From assembly GCA_038045365.1 (NCBI GenBank), contig JBBSYH010000016.1:6883-30882 (forward strand): a stretch of DNA of 24,000 nt, given 5' to 3'. Positions 1 to 6,181 of this stretch are shown here, piece after piece. Within the stretch, counting starts at the first letter, position 1, and every line of letters starts with the position of its first letter. The stretch comes from Nanobdellota archaeon. Lineage in GTDB: Archaea; Nanobdellota; Nanobdellia; Pacearchaeales; GW2011-AR1. The position numbers were made by a program, and so were the translations under genes. Under the pieces are notes generated by a model. That model had not been told where the DNA came from. It saw only the letters and a program-made list of their open reading frames with translations, and did no database searches.

Positions 1-76
1 CCTTGGTGAAATTATGCTCTCCTTCTAATAGCTGTCTGGCAGCTTTCTTTATCATTGTTGATTTTATTCTTCCCAT
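1..76 (-). CDS. rps17e: 30S ribosomal protein eS17 (S17e), first 25 codons only; the rest lies beyond the window edge
   Basis: Reverse translation from ATG (74-76) gives MGRIKSTMIKKAARQLLEGEHNFTK, matching the conserved MGR(I/V)+..(I/V)K+.A+.L.E N-terminus of eS17. It is absent from the ORF track because it is truncated. A TATA 8-mer lies 21 nt upstream. Confidence 0.75.
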   Translation of the reverse strand, partial: MGRIKSTMIKKAARQLLEGEHNFTK

Positions 77-97
77 TTTTTAGGTAAGAAATGAGGG

Positions 98-105
98 TTT
101 TTAAA
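98..105 (-). promoter_or_regulatory. TATA box (TTTAAAAA on the coding strand) for eS17
   Basis: Exactly 21 nt separate the 8-mer from the ATG at 74-76, the same spacing seen at many genes in this window. Confidence 0.55.
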
Positions 106-116
106 GTTTATCAGCG

Positions 117-1028
117 TTAATTAATCTTTTCAAATTTTGAGAAGTTTTTCCATTCCTTCATATGTGCAAGAGCTTTTTTGTCAAGTTCTCCATGAGCCAT
201 AATCAAAAGAGGGAGTTTTTCAAATTGTGCTTTTTGAAATGCCAAAACAAAATCAGCTTCAGATACCTTTTTTTTATTTTTAGCAACAAGTAAAAATTCC
301 TGCTTTCCTAAAAGAGTATTAATGCAGATTTTCGCGATAAAATCTTTCTTTTTTTGTTCTCTTATTTCAAGTATTTCTATATTTTTTGTAACTAGGTAAT
401 TTTGAATATCTTGAGAGAATTTTGCATCTAATAAAGAAATATTTTTTGTCTCTATTTTTTTATTAGTTTCTTCTACTTTTTCTTCTTTTATTTCTTTATC
501 AGCATGTTCTTGCGGTTCTTTTTTCATTTTTTCTACTTTTTCTTTTTTTCTCACTGATTTTTTTCTTTGATATCTTTCCAGAATAAGCTGTTCTATCTCT
601 TTGTTTTCTATAAGGAAATGCTTCCAAAAATTTTTTAATTCATCATTTATTTTTATTTTAAGTGGAACTGCGAAATCTTTAATTTCTCCAAGAGCGACAC
701 GAATTGCTGGCTCAAGTTTTTCGTCTTCAAGAAGTTTTTCTTTTTTTAGAAGCGCTAAAGCTTCTTTTTCTTTTGGAGCCAGATATTCAATAAAATTCTC
801 TAATTGTGCTTTTTGCCCTTCTAAGTAATATAATGGAGAACTACCTACTTTCATATTGCTTATTTTAGCTTTGTTTTCAGAGTATAATTCTGAAAGATAA
901 GCTGATGCGAAGAGCGTGCTGATATTTACTGCCCTTGCTATATGTATTGGAAGAGAAGGCCCTTTCATTTGCAAAGTTGATATTATCAAATCCTTGCTTT
1001 TTATCAGCCTGTTAGTATCTGTGGGCAT
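117..1028 (-). CDS. Hypothetical protein: tandem winged-helix-like N-terminus, K/E-rich linker, C-terminal Mrr-like (PD-(D/E)xK-type) domain; function unknown
   Basis: Track ORF 117..1049. Two wH-like units are visible (GPSLPIHIARAVNISTLFASAYLSELYSENKAKISNMKVGSSPLYYL; KEALALLKKEKLLEDEKLEPAIRVALGEIKDFAVPL). The C-terminus DFIAKI...QEFLLVAKNKKKVSEADF...PLLIMAHGELDKKA resembles the Mrr catalytic-domain layout. I moved the start to the ATG at 1026-1028 because TTTATAAT sits exactly 21 nt upstream; the track start at 1049 remains possible. Confidence 0.8.
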   Translation of the reverse strand: MPTDTNRLIKSKDLIISTLQMKGPSLPIHIARAVNISTLFASAYLSELYSENKAKISNMKVGSSPLYYLEGQKAQLENFIEYLAPKEKEALALLKKEKLLEDEKLEPAIRVALGEIKDFAVPLKIKINDELKNFWKHFLIENKEIEQLILERYQRKKSVRKKEKVEKMKKEPQEHADKEIKEEKVEETNKKIETKNISLLDAKFSQDIQNYLVTKNIEILEIREQKKKDFIAKICINTLLGKQEFLLVAKNKKKVSEADFVLAFQKAQFEKLPLLIMAHGELDKKALAHMKEWKNFSKFEKIN

Positions 1029-1049
1029 GATTTTCTTAGAATGAATCAT

Positions 1050-1057
1050 ATTATAAA
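1050..1057 (-). promoter_or_regulatory. TATA box (TTTATAAT) for the wH protein gene
   Basis: 21-nt spacing to the ATG at 1026-1028. Confidence 0.5.
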
Positions 1058-1097
1058 TATTTGTTTATATTTGATTTATTGTTGTATATTAAGTAGA

Positions 1098-1105
1098 TTT
1101 TTAAA
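1098..1105 (+). promoter_or_regulatory. TATA-like box (TTTTTAAA) for the Kazal-like gene
   Basis: 20 nt upstream of the ATG at 1126. Confidence 0.45.
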
Positions 1106-1125
1106 GATAAAATGTCTTTTTTCGG

Positions 1126-1443
1126 ATGACAAGAAAACAGATATTTGTCATTATTGCAGTTTTACTGATTTTGGGAATTATTTTAAAGGTGTTTATTTTT
1201 AATAGTTCCTATACTAACATAGATTATAAAGAAAGCGAGGTGAAAAATTTAACAAAAAAGAACGTTTCTGAAGAGAAGAATTTTTGTTCTGGTAAAAGCA
1301 GAGATGGAGATTTTTGCATACAAATTTATGAGCCTGTATGCGGGTGGTATTCTTTAGGGACTTCAAAGACATTTGGAAACAGTTGTTTTGCATGTTTGGA
1401 CAAGAGCGTTAGTTATTGGATTGAAGGAGAATGTGGGAATTAG
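1126..1443 (+). CDS. Membrane-anchored/secreted protein with a C-terminal Kazal-type serine-protease-inhibitor-like domain
   Basis: N-terminal hydrophobic helix IFVIIAVLLILGIILKVFIF. Six Cys are spaced C-x9-C-x7-C-x14-C-x2-C-x12-C, with the Kazal hallmarks YEPVCG and KTFGNSCFAC (compare ovomucoid third domain YRPLCG...KTYGNKCNFC). Confidence 0.8.
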   Translation: MTRKQIFVIIAVLLILGIILKVFIFNSSYTNIDYKESEVKNLTKKNVSEEKNFCSGKSRDGDFCIQIYEPVCGWYSLGTSKTFGNSCFACLDKSVSYWIEGECGN

Positions 1444-1448
1444 ATTTA

Positions 1449-1961
1449 TTATATTTTAATCCAAGAGACTTCATAGTATAAAATATCTCCTTCGTCATCG
1501 ACAATGGCGAGCAAAAGATTTTTTTTAGAAGAGTGAGCAACTCTGTTTTTTGCTGTAAAATCGTGCCAATTAAGAACATCATGTTCGCGTGATGTGTATA
1601 ATACCCAACGCGCATGGGCAGTTCTGGGATTTTCGCCTTTATTATAGATTCTAAATTCTGCACCATATTTAAGGGCTGTTTTTAGGACATATCCTTTTTT
1701 TCTTAAGTCAGAGAAGACAGAGAGTTTAGTTTCTATTTTTGTATCTGTTTTTTTCACTTTTTTAAGCATGGATTCAAAGGATATTGGTTTTGCTTTGGAA
1801 AAAAGTTGCATTTTTTTTTCTTGCATTAAGTATAAAGCTTCAATTGGTGCGTATTCTATTCTGCTATTTTTCTTTTCTCCAAATGAAGATTTTTCATTTA
1901 GCGAGAATGAGTCCTGTGAAAGCGAGACAATTTTTTCTCCCAAGAAGTGTGCCATAATCAT
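1449..1961 (-). CDS. endA: tRNA-splicing endonuclease, short (homotetramer-type) EndA
   Basis: 170 aa. The C-terminal catalytic domain GYVLKTALKYGAEFRIYNKG...HARWVLY...HSSKKNLLLAIVDDEGDILYYEVSW matches the EndA pattern (G+.VK.G.K+G..FRVY...H...LV). CTTAAATA lies 21 nt upstream of the ATG at 1961. Confidence 0.88.
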   Translation of the reverse strand: MIMAHFLGEKIVSLSQDSFSLNEKSSFGEKKNSRIEYAPIEALYLMQEKKMQLFSKAKPISFESMLKKVKKTDTKIETKLSVFSDLRKKGYVLKTALKYGAEFRIYNKGENPRTAHARWVLYTSREHDVLNWHDFTAKNRVAHSSKKNLLLAIVDDEGDILYYEVSWIKI

Positions 1962-1982
1962 GAAAAAATTAAGATAAATGAG

Positions 1983-1990
1983 TATTTAAG
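1983..1990 (-). promoter_or_regulatory. TATA box (CTTAAATA) for endA
   Basis: 21-nt spacing to the ATG at 1959-1961. Confidence 0.5.
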
Positions 1991-2008
1991 TTTAAGGAAT
2001 AGGATAGG

Positions 2009-2016
2009 TTTAAAAA
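2009..2016 (+). promoter_or_regulatory. TATA-like box (TTTAAAAA) for the aIF-1A/leuS unit
   Basis: 22 nt upstream of the ATG at 2039. Confidence 0.45.
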
Positions 2017-2038
2017 AACTGTTTTTCTAGATTTAATA

Positions 2039-2392
2039 ATGAGCAATTATGGCGAATTTGAAGAGATAGAAACAGAAGGGAAAAAAGATAATGTGGAGGT
2101 TGGACAGCCATCTAGGGTCAGAGCACCTAAAAAAGATGAAATCATAGGCGTTATTATTCAAAGATATGGTGGGAACAGAATGGAAGTGTGTTCAACTGAT
2201 GGAAAAAGAAGAAATTGCAGAGTGCCTGGAAAATATAAGAGGGAACTTTGGCTTAGACCGAATGATATTGTTTTGATAAAACCATGGAAAGATGATGATG
2301 AAAAAGCAGACATTATTTTTAAATATAATCCTTCCGCTGTGAGTCAACTGAGGAAGAGAGGCATTCTTAACTTTATAAAAAATGAATTTTGA
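2039..2392 (+). CDS. eif1A: Translation initiation factor aIF-1A
   Basis: S1-like OB-fold signature: [69 protein letters not shown], the typical a/eIF1A core. Confidence 0.92.
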   Translation: MSNYGEFEEIETEGKKDNVEVGQPSRVRAPKKDEIIGVIIQRYGGNRMEVCSTDGKRRNCRVPGKYKRELWLRPNDIVLIKPWKDDDEKADIIFKYNPSAVSQLRKRGILNFIKNEF

Positions 2393-4829
2393 AGTAATTG
2401 AAAAAAAATGGCAGAAGAAATGGGAAGAGAAGAAAGTATTTTCAGCCAAAGAGGGAAAGAATAATAAATACTATGTTTTGGAGATGTTTCCTTATCCGAG
2501 CGCTGATTATTTGCATATGGGACATGTCAGGAATTATTCAATTGGGGATTTAATTGCAAGATATAAAAGAATGAAGGGATTTAATGTTCTTTATCCTATG
2601 GGATTTGATTCTTTTGGACTTCCTGCGGAAAATGCGGCAATAAAGGAAAAGATACATCCTAAAAAATATACAGAGCATGCAATAAAAACTATAAAAAAGT
2701 TGATGAAGGAGCTTGGGTTGAGCTATGATTGGGAGAGAGAAATAGTTACCTGCTATCCTGAATATTATAAGTGGAATCAGTGGATATTTTTGCAGATGCT
2801 TAAGAAAGGAATTGCTTACAGAAAGAAAGCTCCTGTTAATTGGTGTCCTAGCTGCAATACTGTTCTTGCAAATGAAGAGGTTATTGATGGAAAATGCTGG
2901 AGATGCGAGAGCGAGGCAATTATTGAGCATCTTGAGCAGTGGTTTTTGAAGATAACATCTTATTCAGATGAGCTTCTTCAGGGATTGGAGAAAATTGAAT
3001 GGCCTGAGAGAGTAAAAGAAATGCAGAGAAATTGGATTGGGAAAAGTGAAGGGACAAAGATTATTTTTCAGATTGAAAATTCTGAAAAGAAAATAGAAGT
3101 TTTTACAACCAGAACAGATACTCTATTTGGAGTGACTTTTTTGGTTTATTCTGCCCAGCATTCTGATGTTAAGGAAATTGTTTCAGGAAGCAAGTATGAG
3201 CAGGATTATGAAAAGTTCAGGAAAAAAGTTTCTGCTTCACAGAAGCTTGATTTGAGCAAAGATAAAGAAGGATTTTTTACAGGAAAATATGCTTTACATC
3301 CTTTGACTGGAGAGAAAATTCCAATATATGCTGCGAATTTTGTTGTTGCTGATTACGGGACAGGAGCAGTTATGGGTGTGCCTGCTCATGACCAGAGAGA
3401 TTTTGAGTTTGCTAAGAAGTATGGAATTCAGATAAAGAGGGTAATTAAACCAATGACTAATGTTCCTGGAGATGAAGCATATACTGGAACTGGTAAATTA
3501 ATTAATTCAGACAAGTTTAATGGATTGTTTAGTGAAGATGCAAAAGAGCGAATTACAAAAGAATTGGAAACAAAAGGAAAAGGAAAAAAAATTATCCAAT
3601 ATAAATTAAGAGACTGGCTGATTTCAAGACAGAGATATTGGGGGACGCCTATTCCTATTGTTTATTGTTTGGATTGCGGAATTGTTCCTGTGCCGGAAAA
3701 AGAATTGCCTGTTTTACTGCCTGAAAAAGTCAAGTTTTCAGGGAAAGGAAACCCACTTGAAACAAATAAAGAATTTGTCAGTGTGAAATGTCCGAAATGC
3801 GGTAAACTGGGCAGGCGAGAGACTGACACAATGGCTACTTTTTTTGATTCAAGCTGGTATTTCTTGAGATATTTGGATAATAAGAATGATAAAAAGATGT
3901 TTGATAAAAAAAATGCTGATTATTGGATGCCTGTTGAGCAGTATATAGGGGGAATTGAGCACGCCGTATTACATCTCCTTTATGCAAGATTTTTTACAAA
4001 GTTTTTGAGAGATTTGAAGTTAATAGAAGTTGATGAGCCTTTTATGAGATTGTTCAATCAAGGAATTGTTCATAAAAATGGCAAGAGAATGAGCAAGAGC
4101 AATGGAAATGCAGTAACTGCGGAAGAAGTTTCAAAGAAATATGGAATTGACAGCGCTAGATTGTTCCTGCTTTTTGTTTCTGGGTCTGATAAGGATATGG
4201 AATGGGATGAGCATGGAATAGAAGGAGCTTTTAGAGTGACGAATAAATTAATGAAACTTGCTGAAAAAGCAGGAGGTAAAAGTGATACTTTAATGGAGCA
4301 TAAATTGAATTTCACTTTGAGAGCGTTAGAGAACGGATATGAAAATTTTGAATTTAACAAAGGGCTTGTAAGATTTATGGAATTTGTTAATTATTTGAGC
4401 AATAGAAAGGAAATTCCAAGAGAAGTTTTGATTTCTTTGACATTGGCAATTTCTCCTGTCATGCCTCATGTTGCAGAGGAAATCTGGAGCAAAATTGGCG
4501 GGAAAGGGCTTGTTGCTGAGCAGAAATGGAGAGGATATGATGCTTCCAAGATAAATGAGAAAATAGAGAGTGTTGAGAAAGCAGTTGAAAAGACAATTGA
4601 CGATATTTTAAATGTACTAAAAATAATCAAGGAGAAGAAAGGTGAAGAGAGCGAGAAAATTTATTTATATACGCTTCCAAATGAAAAAGAATATTACGAT
4701 GCAGATGCTTTGAGCAAAAGAGTTGGGAAAGAAGTTATGGTTTTTGCTGTGAATGACAAGAAAAAATATGATCCTGAAGGGAAAGCAGGGAAAGCTAAGC
4801 CTGGAAAGCCAGGGATTTATGCAGATTAA
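2382..4829 (+). CDS. leuS: Leucyl-tRNA synthetase, bacterial-type core with an atypical C-terminal module
   Basis: HMGH ([21 protein letters not shown]), [13 protein letters not shown], the zinc/CP1 block [24 protein letters not shown], the editing block [12 protein letters not shown], and KMSKS ([10 protein letters not shown]). The match to E. coli LeuRS, as I recall it, is collinear. The gene overlaps aIF-1A by 11 nt. Confidence 0.95.
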   Translation: MNFEVIEKKWQKKWEEKKVFSAKEGKNNKYYVLEMFPYPSADYLHMGHVRNYSIGDLIARYKRMKGFNVLYPMGFDSFGLPAENAAIKEKIHPKKYTEHAIKTIKKLMKELGLSYDWEREIVTCYPEYYKWNQWIFLQMLKKGIAYRKKAPVNWCPSCNTVLANEEVIDGKCWRCESEAIIEHLEQWFLKITSYSDELLQGLEKIEWPERVKEMQRNWIGKSEGTKIIFQIENSEKKIEVFTTRTDTLFGVTFLVYSAQHSDVKEIVSGSKYEQDYEKFRKKVSASQKLDLSKDKEGFFTGKYALHPLTGEKIPIYAANFVVADYGTGAVMGVPAHDQRDFEFAKKYGIQIKRVIKPMTNVPGDEAYTGTGKLINSDKFNGLFSEDAKERITKELETKGKGKKIIQYKLRDWLISRQRYWGTPIPIVYCLDCGIVPVPEKELPVLLPEKVKFSGKGNPLETNKEFVSVKCPKCGKLGRRETDTMATFFDSSWYFLRYLDNKNDKKMFDKKNADYWMPVEQYIGGIEHAVLHLLYARFFTKFLRDLKLIEVDEPFMRLFNQGIVHKNGKRMSKSNGNAVTAEEVSKKYGIDSARLFLLFVSGSDKDMEWDEHGIEGAFRVTNKLMKLAEKAGGKSDTLMEHKLNFTLRALENGYENFEFNKGLVRFMEFVNYLSNRKEIPREVLISLTLAISPVMPHVAEEIWSKIGGKGLVAEQKWRGYDASKINEKIESVEKAVEKTIDDILNVLKIIKEKKGEESEKIYLYTLPNEKEYYDADALSKRVGKEVMVFAVNDKKKYDPEGKAGKAKPGKPGIYAD

Positions 4830-4847
4830 TATTATAGAGTAGTTATC

Positions 4848-4853
4848 TTTTTT
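4848..4853 (+). terminator. Oligo-T tract after leuS
   Basis: A TTTTTT run lies 19 nt after the stop codon. Archaeal termination typically uses oligo-T. Confidence 0.4.
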
Positions 4854-4998
4854 ATTAATTATACGTCGGATTTTTTGAAGTTTGTCTTTTACAAGTGAAA
4901 CGCTTTAAAAATTATTTAAAAAGGCTAGATTGTCTTTAAGGAGTGACTTGGTATATAAGGATAATTGTTGTGAAAAAAATATCTTTTAGTTTATATTA

Positions 4999-5006
4999 AT
5001 ATATAA
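4999..5006 (+). promoter_or_regulatory. TATA box (ATATATAA) for the small zinc-ribbon ORF
   Basis: 22 nt upstream of the ATG at 5029. Confidence 0.45.
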
Positions 5007-5028
5007 GCGCATTTTTGTTTGATAAATC

Positions 5029-5196
5029 ATGGAAAGAGCAATTTGTGCAATACCAGCGCAATGCAGGAAATGCGGGGAACTGTTTGACCTAAGGTATGAC
5101 CTAAGTGAAATCAGCGAGGAGAGAATGAATATGGGGTTGATTGAGGCATTAAGCAATTCAAATGTTTTGCTATGCTGGTATTGCAGGCAATTGTGA
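5029..5196 (+). CDS. Small (55 aa) zinc-ribbon-like protein, not in the ORF track (<60 aa)
   Basis: Manual translation: MERAICAIPAQCRKCGELFDLRYDLSEISEERMNMGLIEALSNSNVLLCWYCRQL. Cys pairs CRKC and CWYC sit at the two ends. The stretch is locally GC-richer than its flanks. A correctly spaced TATA lies upstream, and a hairpin plus T-tract lies downstream. Confidence 0.55.
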   Translation: MERAICAIPAQCRKCGELFDLRYDLSEISEERMNMGLIEALSNSNVLLCWYCRQL

Positions 5197-5204
5197 CATA
5201 GAAA

Positions 5205-5239
5205 ATAGCCTTTATCAAAGAGGCTATAAGTTTTCATTT
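5205..5239 (+). terminator. 7-bp hairpin (ATAGCCT/AGGCTAT, 9-nt loop) followed by a T-rich tract
   Basis: Seen directly: atagcct-ttatcaaag-aggctat then aagttttcattt, starting 9 nt after the stop of the small ORF. Confidence 0.4.
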
Positions 5240-5291
5240 GTAGTGGTTTTTATGGCAATTTTTTTGGACAGGAAATTTCTTTTAACATTAG

Positions 5292-5299
5292 GTTTATTA
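5292..5299 (+). promoter_or_regulatory. TATA-like box (GTTTATTA) for uppP
   Basis: 22 nt upstream of the ATG at 5322. Confidence 0.4.
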
Positions 5300-5321
5300 G
5301 CCTTATTTATTATTGAAGCAG

Positions 5322-6092
5322 ATGAGTGAACTTATTGCTGCGCTAATATTAGCTGTAGTTCAAGGAATTACTGAATGGCTGCCTATTTCTAGTTCAGGTC
5401 ATTTAGTTATATTTGAGAAACTACTAGGGTATGATGGGGGATTGTTTTTTGAAGTTGCATTGCATTTTGGGACATTAATGGCTGTTTTTGTTTATTTTGG
5501 ACAGGATATCGTTGATATTTTACGTGATTTGCTAAATTTGAATTTTAAGAGTGAGAATGGAAAAATCGGCATTTTTTTAATTATAGCGAGCATTCCGGCA
5601 GGGATTATAGGATTATTTTTTCATAATATTATTTCTGTTTCTGGAAATTGGATAATGCTTGCTTTGGGTTTTTTAATTAGTTCGATTATACTCTTTATTG
5701 GATCAAGCGCCCCAGCAAAAGTGAAAAAACTGGGATTTTTAGGGGCTATTTTTGTAGGATTAATGCAAATTTTTTCTTTATTCAGAGGAGTTTCAAGGAG
5801 CGGCTCAACGATAACTGCTGGATTGTTGGCCGGACTTAATGAAAAACAAGCAATAAAATTTTCTTATCTTTTATCTATACCGATAATATTAGGAGCAAAT
5901 ATAATTTTAGTGGGCAACAATACTCTGCCAAGTGAACTAATATGGGCTGCCTTGGTTTCTTTTTTTGTCAGCTTAGGAGCAATGCATTTTTCATTTAATT
6001 ATATATTAAACAATAGAAAGAATCTGAGGTGGCTTGGAATCTATCTTTTGGTTGTTGCTCTTGCTTTAGGAGTTTATTCTATTGTAAGCTGA
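5322..6092 (+). CDS. uppP: Undecaprenyl-diphosphatase (BacA/UppP family)
   Basis: ALILAVVQGITEWLPISSSGHLVI and SRSGSTITAGLL are the two UppP signature motifs, and the protein is polytopic. I prefer the ATG at 5322 over the track's TTG at 5313 on TATA spacing and family-typical N-terminus length. Confidence 0.9.
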   Translation: MSELIAALILAVVQGITEWLPISSSGHLVIFEKLLGYDGGLFFEVALHFGTLMAVFVYFGQDIVDILRDLLNLNFKSENGKIGIFLIIASIPAGIIGLFFHNIISVSGNWIMLALGFLISSIILFIGSSAPAKVKKLGFLGAIFVGLMQIFSLFRGVSRSGSTITAGLLAGLNEKQAIKFSYLLSIPIILGANIILVGNNTLPSELIWAALVSFFVSLGAMHFSFNYILNNRKNLRWLGIYLLVVALALGVYSIVS

Positions 6093-6181
6093 AAAGATAA
6101 TATTGATGAATATATATAAATCTTTAAAAAATAATGTTTTTGATATGTATCTTTCTTATGTTAGAATGATGCTGATAGAAA

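Noticed and set aside
601-828. Antisense or embedded track ORFs (601..828, 1409..1666, 1768..1977, 2192..2449, 2550..2930, 4070..4360, 6501..6698, 7425..7625, 8393..8584, 8685..8936, 10377..10577, 11169..11396, 12182..12614, 12916..13101, 13424..13627, 14171..14425, 16077..16607, 17540..17899, 19315..20008, 20416..20670, 21397..22087, 22680..22890)
   Set aside because: Each lies inside, or antisense to, a gene with strong family-level support. They have S/F/L/I-rich low-complexity translations typical of off-frame reads in AT-rich DNA, and none has a correctly spaced TATA box.
4986-5237. The 83-aa minus-strand track ORF
   Set aside because: It has no promoter at the canonical spacing and an odd composition. 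It lies antisense to a better-supported plus-strand Zn-ribbon ORF that has a TATA box and a terminator hairpin.
5313-5321. Upstream TTG starts proposed by the ORF track (uppP at 5313, alaS at 8377, uppS fusion at 19964) and the ATG at 1049 for the wH gene
   Set aside because: In each case a downstream ATG sits at the recurrent 21-22 nt distance from a TATA-like box. That ATG also gives a family-typical N-terminus, such as MSELIAALILAVVQGITEWLP for UppP. The longer forms cannot be excluded.
5252-5329. A 25-aa hydrophobic ORF (MAIFLDRKFLLTLGLLALFIIEADE) just upstream of uppP, considered as a leader peptide or frameshifted N-terminus
   Set aside because: It is in a different frame from uppP, and UppP already has a complete N-terminus. 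It is very short with no supporting signal.
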